Shown here: positions 49,880 through 61,894 of the stretch, piece after piece
How the letters are laid out: each line of letters opens with the position of its first letter
How positions within the stretch are numbered: the first letter of the stretch is position 1
NCBI RefSeq assembly: GCF_006345805.1
Contig: NW_021831041.1
Span: 1 to 64,000 of the forward strand
DNA length: 64,000 nucleotides
Source: Octopus sinensis
Taxonomy: Eukaryota
Reading direction: 5' to 3'
Position numbers and translations under genes: made by a program
Notes under the pieces: model-generated
What the model saw: the letters and a program-made list of their open reading frames with translations, nothing else
Database searches by the model: none
What the model was told of the DNA's origin: nothing

Positions 49880-52800
49880 TTAAAATCTATATCTTCCAAC
49901 ATCAATTAGATCTGCCTGAAAAATACTTTTAATGGCCGAGAACATTTACAAATTTCAAAGTCATTTATAATTTGTTCGATAATAGGTCGTTTCACAGTAA
50001 AATCAATGATCTTTTCGTCCAGCTTGGGACGGGGCTTCGTGAGTCAAGCCTGTAAGCTAGCATCAAATTTCAAAGTCATTATAATTTGTTCGATAATAGG
50101 TCGTTTCACAGTAAAATCAATGATCTTTTCGTCCAGCTTGGGACGGGGCTTCGTGAGTCAAGCCTGTAAGCTAGCATCAAATTTCAAAGTCATTTATAAT
50201 TTGTTCGATAATAGGTCGTTTCACAGTAAAATCAATGATCTTTTCGTCCAGCTTGGGACGGGGCTTCGTGAGTCAAGCCTGTAAGCTAGCATCAAATTTC
50301 AAAGTCATTTATAATTTGTTCGATAATAGGTCGTTTCACAGTAAAATCAATGATCTTTTCGTCCAGCTTGGGACGGGGCTTCGTGAGTCAAGCCTGTAAG
50401 CTAGCATCAAATTTCAAAGTCATTTATATTTGTTCGATAATAGGTCGTTTCACAGTAAAATCAATGATCTTTTCGTCCAGCTTGGGACGGGGCTTCGTGA
50501 GTCAAGCCTGTAAGCTAGCATCAAATTTCAAAGTCATTTATAATTTGTTCGATAATAGTCGTTTCACAGTAAAATCAATGATCTTTTCGTCCAGCTTGGG
50601 ACGGGGCCTCGTGAGTCAAGCCTGTAAGCTAGCTTCAGCGCTTAGCGTCGAATTTTTCTGCATTTCCTGTTAATTTTCTCAAGATCTTTCAAGTAGTACT
50701 ATGCTTACAGCAAGCTGGGAAGGATGGTTGCGTGGAACACAAAGAGGAAAGTCCTTGGATCCAGATGCATGAGAACTGCACCGTCAAGAAACAGTCGCTG
50801 CAGCTCCGTCCCGAGCGGAAACCCCATTGCTGCAGAACGTTCTTCTCTTCGGCCAGGAAATCAAGGGGCTTTGCCATGATTTTTCAATTAGCCTTGAGAT
50901 AGTTGGGATAAGGCTTATTGGACGGTAACTGCGAGCTCGATTCGTCGGCTTTCCAGGTTTCTTGATTATTCGGATATTGGAAATTTTCCATGCTTTTGGG
51001 ACATGACCCCATCTTTCTCAAACTCGCTGAAAACTGTCGCCCCAGGCACATGTGTAGCTCCTCAGAACCCTCCTTGAAAGGCGGATAGTGAGCTTGTCGT
51101 GCCAGGTGCGTTATCTTTGGACAAACGGATAGCCCAGGTCACCTCAGCTGTAATGATTGGGCAGTGTTCCGACGGCAATGGGCACGACAGTGGCTTTTAC
51201 ACTGAGGATTGCCACTTCCCTTGAGGAGCCTTTTGAGTTACGGCCAAATATTCGGCAAAAAATGTTTGGGATCTCCTCAGGCGAGGCAGGCATTCCAAAT
51301 TGGTTGTGCAGTCTCGGCGTGGAGGACTTTCCTGCGAGGTTTGACACCTTATGAAAACATTTCCAGAAGTTTTGGTTTTTGTGGTTAAGGTTTTTACAAG
51401 CCTTCTCCCTTTTTCTGTCTGTGTCAAGCTTTGTACAGATATCTATTTTTCACTGATTTCAGAGATCATCTCCTTGAGTGTGGCCCAGTCAAAGAGGTCA
51501 ATATAGCGTCTGAGTTTATTCCTCAAGCGCTTTCTCTCCAAGACAAAGATCGTCACTTTTGCACATAGTCCTCACCACGTATCCATTGCGTAGGAGGTGA
51601 GGTAGTCGTGCATAAATTTGATTAATCCATCGCTCGCAGTCGATATCGAGGACAGAGTCGTAGCGAACCTTGCTATTGTTGTCCCGTAAGAAGACATTTA
51701 ATGAGTTTCTATAGTGTAGCCAGTTGATCTACAAAAGTGAGAACCGAGTAAATTCGTATTTCTGCCTTTCAATTCCGGCGTGAATTTTGATCTCCATTAA
51801 CAGGTGGTCGCTCCCGATATCATCAAGGACTGTGAGCTCTTCCATAAGGTTAGCAACAGTGTGGGTGCAGATACTTAAGCATAAGTTGTCCGGTCCGTTA
51901 GGCGAATAATGATTCGGGATTTTTGAGGTCATTAAGCTTGTCAGTGACTTTTTTCGGTGTCTGACCATCTTGGTTGGTCGTCCGACAGCCAAACGCTGTA
52001 TGGTTCGAGTGAGCAATATCCTGGGAGTTCATACGACTGGTTTTCCCTTAGCTTTGACTCGTTGACGACAATAATGTCAGGATGGCTGCTGTTTACCATC
52101 TCAACAAAGTCGTGATGCCGTCTCTTAATAGACCGGACAATCACAGCAATGATTTTCAAGGGGACTATGTTGCTGAATTGCTCCCTTCTAGCATATCCAC
52201 TCAGAGTTTAGTCAGGGTTCCTACACAACTGCAAAAGAATTCATTAAAGCTTCTCTGTTGTGTAGGTCCAACTCGAAGTGGAAACCTTGTTGTGGCAGGG
52301 CTTTGTCACGGAGGTCTTCTGCCTTCTTACGGAGGACAGCCGAGCGGTCAACTTTTGTGTTATGAAGCTCATCAGTGTTTGACTTCGTGTTGTTGTGGGG
52401 ACCGGGGTCAGGCGACGTCTGAATGCACGCATCGGACGGGCTTGAGGGTGACCCTTTTGTCCAGACTGACTCAGTGGATTTGGCTTTTACCCAGCGGACT
52501 GGGCTTTTAGTCTGCGGGTTCTTCGCAACCCTTGAGGCTGCTGTGGCGGCTTTGGCAAACGGACATCCACCGTAGCACGCCAGGTGACCAGTGTTCTTGC
52601 AATCAATGAAAGTTTTTGCAGCTGGGACGTTGGGTATGACCACCATGTCGGCTCCATTCCGAGTGTATCTTTCGAATTTGAATCCTGATTCGAGAGTTTA
52701 AATGGAGTTCAAGGTCGTTGTTCGAGATCCAGTGAGGGATTCCCGTTAGGATCAAGACAGTGACCTTCCTAGATACTGAGGCAAGTTTATCAAACATTTT

Positions 52801-53110
52801 GGTTTCCGAGAGCTCAGCTTTGAAAGCAGCAGCATCATCGGGGCATCAGAATCTTAGATTAATTGTGCCCGACCTCTGCAAAGTTACCCGGGCTTTTGAA
52901 GTAGTTGGCGATTTGGAAAGAAGGCTAAACCTCTTGATCTTTCCCAGTGCTGGGTTTTCGATATTGAGGATGTAGAAAAGGTTTGAGCTGTCAGGCTCAG
53001 TTACCCGCTGAATAGGTTTTTTAGGTTCAAAAGATTTTTGAGTCTCAGTGGGTTTTTGAGGTTCCATGGGTTCAGAGAAAGATTTTGGCTCGTTTTTGTG
53101 CTTTCGCGCA
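49880..53110 (-). mobile_element. Jockey/I-group LINE with ORF1 (pre-C2HC/zinc-knuckle-like), APE and deleted RT
   Basis: LILTGIPHWIS, CKNTGHLACYGGCP, HPDIIVVNESKL, DDIGSDHL, QWGFRSGRSC, EKINRKC..ALKLAYRL. Confidence 0.88.
49950..50635. repeat. 115-bp tandem repeat x6 derived from the LINE ORF2 3' end
   Basis: Unit AAATTTCAAAGTC...GTAAGCTAGCATC starting at 49950, 50065, 50179, 50294, 50409 and 50523; minus strand continues the LINE reading frame. Confidence 0.93.
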
Positions 53111-53982
53111 AGCTTTAACCATTAGAAGATTATCGTTTTTCTTAACGATCATTTTAATTAAAATGACGCTGTTATTCGTTTCGTTGTTATTTGAATGTCA
53201 AACTATGTAGGATAGTTATTTGTGTAGAATGCAACAAGTTTATTCAAACATATAACAGTATTGGGATGTGGGATCTTTTTTGATATTTACGATTGTTCAA
53301 TACCAATCCTTCTATCTTCTACTTCTCACCGCCAGAGACTATTCTTATATTTTCAAAAATTCTCCAGTCGCTCAGACTATGCTTAGAATAATCAGTGTTG
53401 CTCCTCGACGAGCGAGAACAGAAGCCTTTGTTTGGGATCGAAACAAAAAGTCTTATTCGTTATTCACGTTCTACAATGTTCGCAGTCTGAACAAGTACGA
53501 CAAGAATAAGCAGTGCATTGTGTGATATACTTTATTGTTGCAGATTTTCATTCCACTGGATTTTCTTCAGAGTTGGGTACATCAGCAATGTAAACTTTTA
53601 TCTGCCAGGATGTACGGGAAACCTTTTATCCTTGCTTTAGGTCACCACAGTGTGTTCCAGTGTAATTGCACTTTAGTAATTCCAGAGTATATAAATTAAA
53701 AAATTGACTCTTACACCACGGTGAGCGTGGGTAATCCACTCTTTTCAGCAAGGCCATGAAAGCATCAAGCCAGAGAAATATTTATCTTATGCTCATTAAT
53801 TTGTCGATAGTGTGTTGTCTGTCTTTTTTGAAAGTGGATCCTTTAATGGAGTACTGCTGTCGTATCAATGCTCATCCGTTGAAACAATCGGAGCAATACA
53901 TCAAGTTGTATTCACCAGGACTGTCTCATTTAAACAAGTCAATTCCTCCATTAATTATGATAATCGAAACGTCACTCTACAC

Positions 53983-56144
53983 CAGGGGTCACCAAACTTT
54001 TTGCACTCGCGGGCCGGATTGACCCCAACACAATGAACGCGGGCCGGAGCACGTGCATAGGATTATAATTTTACTAGAAATTCATAAGTGTGTTTTTTAC
54101 AATAAAACTAATTTAAACAAAATAAAGTAAACAAAAATTTTAATGAGAGCTATGGAACTGTGATCTTTTTTGATAAGTTCATCAATATTGGTTTTAATTG
54201 CTGCATCCTATCATGAGAATTGATTTTAAGTGTCCGTCAGTCAATCTTGCACGATGGGCAGACTTAGCATATTTCATCCTCGAAAACGTTTGCTCACATT
54301 GGTAAGTTGTGCCAAATATAGAAATCATCTTTATCGCAAAATTCTTTAGTCTCGGAAACTCATCATCCTTGAGATATTCGTAGAACTCAGAGTTTGGTCC
54401 GTCTGTGACAATCTTTGAGCTGTTCATTTGATTGTAAGTCAATAACTTCTAATTGTAATTCATGTTGAACATTTTCAACATTACAAGAAAATGGATTTTC
54501 GAACAAAATTATATCGCTTTCAATTTTGTCAAGTTCAGAAAACTTATGTAAAAAATGATGTTTTAATTCTTTGATAATTCCAATTTGGAAAGTAATGTCG
54601 ATCTCATTACAGTTTGCCTCACAAAAACTTTTAAAACAAGAAAAGTGTGAAAACTGACGTACTCCAAGTTGTGACTCGAATAACATCAATTTTTGTCGAA
54701 ATGCTTTAATTATCCTGTAGAAATCACAAATTAAGTTTTCCTTTCCTTGTAATTTCAGATTTAGCTCATTCATGTGAGTTGTAACATCAACCAAAAATGA
54801 TAATTTTGATAGCCAAGCAAGATCTGATAATTCGAGATAATAGTTATTTTTACTGGTTAGAAAAATATAAATCTCATTCGGAGTTTATAAAATCTATTTA
54901 ATACATTACCACAGCTAAGCCATCTAACTGCAGTGTAATATGGTAAGTCAAAATATTCAGATCCAAAATCGTCAAGTAAAACTTTAAACTGACGGTGATT
55001 AAGTGAGCTCCTCGAACAAAGTTTATTATGCGAATAACTGGATTCAACACACATGAAATATTAAGAGCCTTCGCACATAGTGCGTGCTGATGAAGGATGC
55101 AATGAATGAACAAAGTGTTTGAAATATGTAATTCCTCCAATTTATTAGTTATTTGCCCAACTAGACCCTTTTTAGAACCAGCCATATTCTTTGCCCCGTC
55201 AATCGTAACACAACTCAGTTTCTCCCATTCAAGGTTATAGTCACTTATAGTTTGTTCCAATTCATCAAAAATATCTTTTCCAGTGGTTGTTCCATGAATA
55301 GAACAAACAGATGCCAGTTCTTCAGTTATGGAAATATTCTCATCAACTCCACGAATAAAAATAAGAAGTTGCGATGTTCCCGAAATGTCAACTGACTCAT
55401 CCAATGCAAGAGAATACCACAACATATTACTTGTCTTTTCACAAATTTGTAAATATATATTTTTTCCAAGCTCTTCAGTTCTCCGTGATACAGAACTCGC
55501 CGACAAACTTATTCCATCAAATAAGGAAGAATTTAGTGGGCACAAACAATTAACTGCTTCAATAATGCAATTTTTGATATACATCCCATCACTAAAGGGT
55601 TTCCCGTTGTGTGAAATAATTTTCGTTATCTCGTATCCAGCTCTTGTTACATTTTCATTATTTTCAAAATTTTTTTATAAGGCCTTGTTGAATTTGTAAA
55701 GTGCGTTTCAGTGATTCAACTTTATCCTCACGTAGCTTTCCAGTGTACTTGGAATATATCGGAGCATGATTCGTTTCATAATGACGTCGAATGTTATACT
55801 CCTTCATAACAGAGAGATGTTCGTGGCATATTAAACAATAAGCTTTCTGCTTTAATTCATCTTTCGCAAAAAAATACTTCAACTCCCATAATTTATTGAA
55901 TACACGGCATTCGCGGTCAACCTTTCTTTTCATATTAGACATAGCAACAAAGAAAAATTTAACGTTAATGCTGATAAGTTTTTTTTCGAATTAAATCTTG
56001 CAAAATAGTTTAATTTTTTAATTAAAGTTTTTATTTAAGTTAATTATTAAAGTATTAATTGAATATCTCGAAATAGTGCGCGGGCCGGATAAAATGTTGT
56101 CGCGGGCCGGATCCGGCCCGCGGGCCGTAGTTTGGTGACGTCTG
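53983..56144 (-). mobile_element. hAT Buster/SPIN-like transposon with both TIRs, 8-bp TSD and frameshifted transposase
   Basis: TIRs CAGGGGTCACCAAAC / CAGACGTCACCAAAC; TSD CTCTACAC at 53975-53982 and 56145-56152; KRKVDRECRVF, LALDESVD, TIDGAKNM, HCILHQ, VRWLS and FGTTYQCEQTFS motifs over five ORF pieces. Confidence 0.96.
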
Positions 56145-56524
56145 CTCTACACTGACAGTCTTTTTCTCAGACTTAGGTTAGTAGTTGTTAGTGGTAGCAT
56201 TCCACCGATATAAGACAAATGTTCCCATGTTCACACATCTCCAGGCATTTTATCGACTCATTGAACTGTGGATTGACGACACCACTTGAGCCAACATGAC
56301 TCGGTCGCCCCCTTCTTCCCTTTAATTAGCTAGTTCGGAAATGGTTACAAAATGCATGCTGAGTTGATCGGTGTTAAAAAAACATCTGATTCAGGAGATA
56401 ACTACTTCTAATACAGATTTAGAAAAGTCAGGTTTACCTAAATAGATTGTCAAATAGAGAGTCAAACCAAGACTAAATAGAAACAACAAAAGAAGTGATT
56501 AAAGAAATGACAATAATTATAATA

Positions 56525-57942
56525 TTAACTAAAATAGGAATCCAATTTGTCTTTAACAGCCGTAATAAAGTCCAGTGTGGAAACATAATGAGAAGTAGAA
56601 AGACTAAAAACATGCAAAACAAAAAAAACTCTTTTCCATGAACACACAAAGCAAGATCCTTGGTCATGACCCCTCCTTCGATAGTATCAATACACGCCTT
56701 CTCCAACGAGTCACAAAACTGGACAAGTCTCTCATTCTCGTCCAATTTACCACGATGACGGAGCCCACCCGTCCATGCAAATATACTGGCCACCGAATTA
56801 GTACTCGTTGGCTTGTTCTACAGAACTACGGAATAAACAAATCACAGCTTGGTGGAGTCTGTAGTGCCTCGTCACCGTCCCGTGGGCAGCCTCAGCCTCC
56901 ACTGTCCTTCCGTCCGAACTGACCAACACACTTTTCATAAGTCCGAGTGATCCATAGCCCTGTGCCACAATATCCGACTGCACATCCCCGTCATAATTCT
57001 TGCACGCCCAGACAAATCCGCCCTCCGACTTTAAAGCCTGAGCCACCATGTCGTCAATAAGTCTGTGTTCGTACCACAAACCGACCTCCTCAAACCTTCC
57101 TTTGAAATCTCTGAACACCTCAACCAAAGGGGATACCTTTCGTACATATCTTGGAATATATCTTTAAACCTTCCGTCATATATTTTCAATATTGTGTTCT
57201 TTGTGCTTAAATAAAGCGGCAGTCCCCTCCCCAGTGCATAATTAAAACAACACAAAGCAAAGTCCCTGATAGACTGGAGTAGTATATATATGAATACTTT
57301 ATCCGTGTTGTACATGCCCATAGCTATCCCCCCCTCTTTGTAGGAGAATAATGTCCTCGCAGTAGGAGGGTCACCACAGTCGGGAGTGAATATCAACTCG
57401 ACCTTCCCTGGTTGACTAATCGATAACTCCACTGCCTTATACTGACATTTTTGTGGTTAAAAATTAAACTTGGTCAGCATGAGAATGTCGGCCGATTATT
57501 ATTGGGTTAGTCCAGTTGGGGACTATTCGAGGAATATTCCTGCAGAGGATTGGCTCACGGAAGATTGTTCCTTCCACAATATTCCTTATTGTTCCATTCG
57601 GACTTGGATACATTCTTTTGAGGTTGAATTCTTAAAAGTTGGGTTTTGGGGACTTGCCTGCCACACGGGCTTGGTCTGGGGTGATTGTGGCACATTTTAT
57701 TCCCACGTTGCATTCTTTGATTGCTAGGGCTGCCTCGGTCGTTATTGGTCGTCTGTGGCGTCTCTGTTTTGGATGGACAGGTCAAAGTATTTTATATCAA
57801 TGTCCAAATATGGGAAAATCAACTATGCTTGGTTGTAAAGGAATACTTTTTCTTTTATTGCTGCCCAGATTATTCCTGTCATTTCATCCCCGTCTAGTTC
57901 GGCTACTTTCCCCGTTACTTTGATTGGAAACTGAGTGCACAT
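56525..57942 (-). CDS. IDH1: NADP-dependent isocitrate dehydrogenase, no mitochondrial presequence (IDH1-like)
   Basis: [90 protein letters not shown]. Confidence 0.95.
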
Positions 57943-58929
57943 CCACTAAAACTAACAATAACTTGAGTTTTATTTTCTAGAGGTTTATTATTTGAACAAC
58001 AAACAATTTTATTAAACATATAATTGTTTTAAATTCAATTATTTAAGAAATTTATTAGATTCTTGTTCAAATTTGAAAAAAGACGAAATTCTGTTTGAGA
58101 AAATGGCATGGGAGATGAAAACTGATAAAATTTTGACATCAAAGTATTTTTAAATAAATTTTAAAATGTATCAAAAACAGTATACTCCGAGGAATTTTCT
58201 AACCTTAATGAAGCAGAGATTTTCCACAATCTTATTTCATCTAAAAATATTTTCAAGACTTATTGAAGGATTTAAGGATCGGGTATCTGTGCTGTTGTGT
58301 GCAAATATGTTTGAGAATCACAAACTAAAGCCTGTTTCAATTTGAAAATGTCAAACTGATTAATTTTGACAACTTTTTGACAAAGGAAACAGTCAATTCT
58401 ACTTTTAATTATGTCATTGTCATTTTATTGTCATCTTGTAACTATAAAAATTATGTTTTTCGCAAATTCCAACAGGAATAATTCAACCAGACAACGTGTC
58501 GGCTTATAAATCTTATAAACATTTAAATCTTAAGGAAATTATTGTTTATAAAAATGGATTGGAAAGATGTATAACAAATGAAAAATTTTTCAAAAAACTA
58601 AAAAAATAGATTTTGAAGAACAGTCTACAAATAAAATTTTAATTGAAAAATTGATAATTAAAACAGATATTTATGATCTTATTCGAATCGAAGAATTCAT
58701 TTATATTTTTGCAACAGGATAGAACTAGGAGTGACCATCTGCCAATCAATGTTGTATCGGACGTCCACGGGGTACGATGTGTCTCCCATGTTCAACATAT
58801 ACACGAGACCCCTCTCCTACATGCACTTGTCCACAAGTGAAGTATGATCTCTCGAATGTCTCTAAGAAGCCATGTGATAACTTTTCTGGATAGATTTGCA
58901 TCTAAAAAACTTTATTTCTATGACTCCAA

Positions 58930-60906
58930 TGTCACTAAAGTCCACTTATCGTCATCTACGACATTTCTCGCTATTACTTTGTAGTAAAAAACATCAAGGG
59001 TTTTTGAAACATGCTGCCTTTGTTAGTTAACTTTACACTGTTGTGAGGATAAAAATCTTGTCTGAATGTGCACCATTAATTAGATTTTGGTGTGAAATGA
59101 TATCCAAATATCACAACATTGGATTTTTTGATTTTGTTTCCACCATCTGCAAACAAGGATTTGGATCATTGTTAAATTTAGAATCAGTTCATCTTGCAAA
59201 ACTAAATGTTCCGGTATGTCTGTCATCGAAAGATATAAAGATTAGTGGTTGATAAAAAACGTCTCATTAACTAAAGATTTTTTTGCTGTACTAAAGGTGA
59301 GTATGAAGTTGTTATAGGGGATGTTATTACCATCAAATTAAAAGACCAATTCGTAACAGAAGATCATTTATATATGTCTAATCATGTATATAGTAGATCT
59401 TGTTCAAATAATTAAAATCCGTAAAAATGACGAAAATAGTATGAAAATCTGCAACAATAATCGGGTGAAAACTTCCCCTGCAAAAAACGTAAGCAGAAAC
59501 TGAAATATGCACTATAAACAAGCCTACGGAAACATTTCTTTCTTAACAGGTAAAATTAACTGAAATTAATTTCAAGATGAAAAAAGTCGTGAGATCATAA
59601 AAAAATTTTTGAGTAAAAGAAAGATGAACAAATACTACATTTTTGTAAAAAATAGTAAAAATTTTAGAGCTTGGTTCAACTTGTTTAAACAACAATAAAA
59701 TGTAGTTTAGTTTTAACAGAAGAGGACAACATTCTGTTTGTTGTTCGGTAAACTCAATTTTTCAAAACAAGACTTGGTTTGTCAATGAGTGGGAAATGAG
59801 GGACTTTTCATCAACAAATACGGTCGAGTTTTGATTAGTGGAATCAATCCAATCGTCTACAGTTGAGTTTCCACTCCTAACGAAGATTTGGTTTCCACAA
59901 TTTTTGTTACAATTTTTATTTGCCAAAGCAATTGTGCCCAGATGGCTAATCTGATTGATGAAAGTGTTATTGAATACATATTGGAATTGATTGTGAGAAT
60001 GGTTTTCCACTTCATATAATTTTTTTGAATTATTTTTAGTAAATTGGACCAATTTATTTCTTTTTATCACTGAGGTAATGACAATAAGCGCTGGAGTGAT
60101 AACAATTTTTGGATATTCTGTTTTTCTGCAAAATTTGATAAAATAGGTGTTGTTTGGATAGGAAATATTTTTTATTAATCTGAAATATTTTTTTATAGTT
60201 TTAAACAATTAATATTAATTTTTTAAATTATGTCCTCGTGTGGATGTAGTTTAGACTTTGATTGTGCAGTACTACTGGCTACAAGGACCATGATATCCGG
60301 ATTGGAAAAACTTTTTAATTCATACATTGAAGTAAAATATTATTAAACATATTCATTAAATAGTCTGCTAACGATTTGTGTTCTTCTCTGCTTGCTAGCA
60401 TAGTCAATATTCTTGAACAGAAAAAGTCATTGGACTTGTCCAGGAAGTTGGATAATATCGAAATACCTGAATCATTCATTTTCGAAAAACTAAATTCAAC
60501 ATTTTTCTCAAAAATTGGTTTACTCCGACACCACCTGTACGACCATTTTATCACATTCTCACAGAAACGGACTAAAAACCCAATATTTGGGACTTTTTGA
60601 CGAAACAGTTACTTCCTTTGGTCGTAATTGCCTGGTACCCCCACAAGGAGTGCAATCCAACGCCACCATCCAGATGAGTCAGATAATTCCCCACAATTCC
60701 CAGGTATTCCAACAGTTCTACTTGTTTCGACAACTTTTAAAAAGAAGGTTTGACATAAAACTGAAATGGCCAGTTTGGAAATAAAATACTCAATTATCGA
60801 GGATATTTATCAATTTAAGGGGTGTCCTGAACTGGTCGTGAAGGTTTGGAATAGCGGGGATGACGTGTTGATGTCCCAATGGAAGTCTCTACATAAAGTC
60901 TGTTAA
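58930..60906 (+). CDS. Possible divergent multi-exon gene, unidentified
   Basis: Protein-like plus-strand frames (59043-59252, 60376-60600, 60515-60784) and a plausible terminal exon ELVVKVWNSGDDVLMSQWKSLHKVC*; no motif recognised. Confidence 0.3.
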
Positions 60907-60999
60907 TGTAATAAAAGTGCTTTTTTAATAAAAATAAACAAGAATAAATAATGCAGTTAGTCTGTAGGGCCACCATTTCTTAGTCGTGGCAATATGCAC

Positions 61000-61630
61000 T
61001 TTTAAGTAACAGAAATAGAGGAATATTGCAAGTAGCAACTAAAGGAAGAACAATTATTAAATTTTTTTAAAAGTCGTCAAAGTTAACGAATAATTTGAAG
61101 TTAGCGAATAACGATAAAGAATTCTAGCAATTGTATAGTCGAGCCCACAAATTATAGTTTTGAGGCATTCAGTAACGTACACTCTTCTGGCATTTTTTCG
61201 ACATTCATCAGGTTTATCATGGACGATTTCATGTTAGCCAGTCCATATTTTTAGTATTGATTCATCAACTGCAACATTTTTAATGAAACCATATTTGATA
61301 TTCCAAGAAGTAAAACTGCTAGTCTCTCAACATCGTGGACTCGTCTATTTGAATAAAAAACCATTATAATTATTTAATCGGATCAGTAACTACGCTTCGA
61401 TATTTCGTGAAAGTTCCCGAATTCGCCTTGAAATAGTATTATTGGAGAAAAATACAAAATCTAGTTCCTTAGACATTTCTTCACCATGAATAAACTCGAT
61501 GATCTTTTGGAATATGGCTTTATAAGATTTTCGGCAATATATTAATTTTATACACCCCAAAATGCTCTGGCAGATTTCTTTCGCAAAATGTGACATTTCC
61601 AACTTGCACTTTGTAGATACAATCACTTTG
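61000..61630 (-). mobile_element. hAT (ZBED5/SCAND3-like) transposase relic
   Basis: IHGEEMSKELDFVFFSNNTISRRIRELSRNIE and DESTML motifs. Confidence 0.75.
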
Positions 61631-61894
61631 TTTCGAAAAAAAACAAATATCTTTTAAATGAAGATGCTTCAGCAATAAATGTCCAGACATTCTGGTAGGA
61701 ACAAAAAATGAGCTAGGCATTATATGATGGAAAATTACACATTCTGCAGAATCAGATCCGTTCTGAGAAAACCCGTATGAAAAGTAGCTTTCATCATATT
61801 TTTTTTTTATTGTTAATTAACCTTATCATGGAAGCCATTTTTTAAAAGATAATAATAGTTAGTTATTTAATAGCACTTCGATAAGTGTCTAGAG

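Noticed and set aside
49950-50635. Tandem Helitron 3' ends (hairpin GGCTT...AAGCC plus CTAG in each unit)
   Set aside because: CTAG is followed by C rather than T, and the minus strand is continuous LINE ORF2 coding sequence.
58730-58860. GC-richer island as ncRNA or GIY-YIG fragment
   Set aside because: An SDHLPI motif suggests a scrap of LINE endonuclease; too short to assign.
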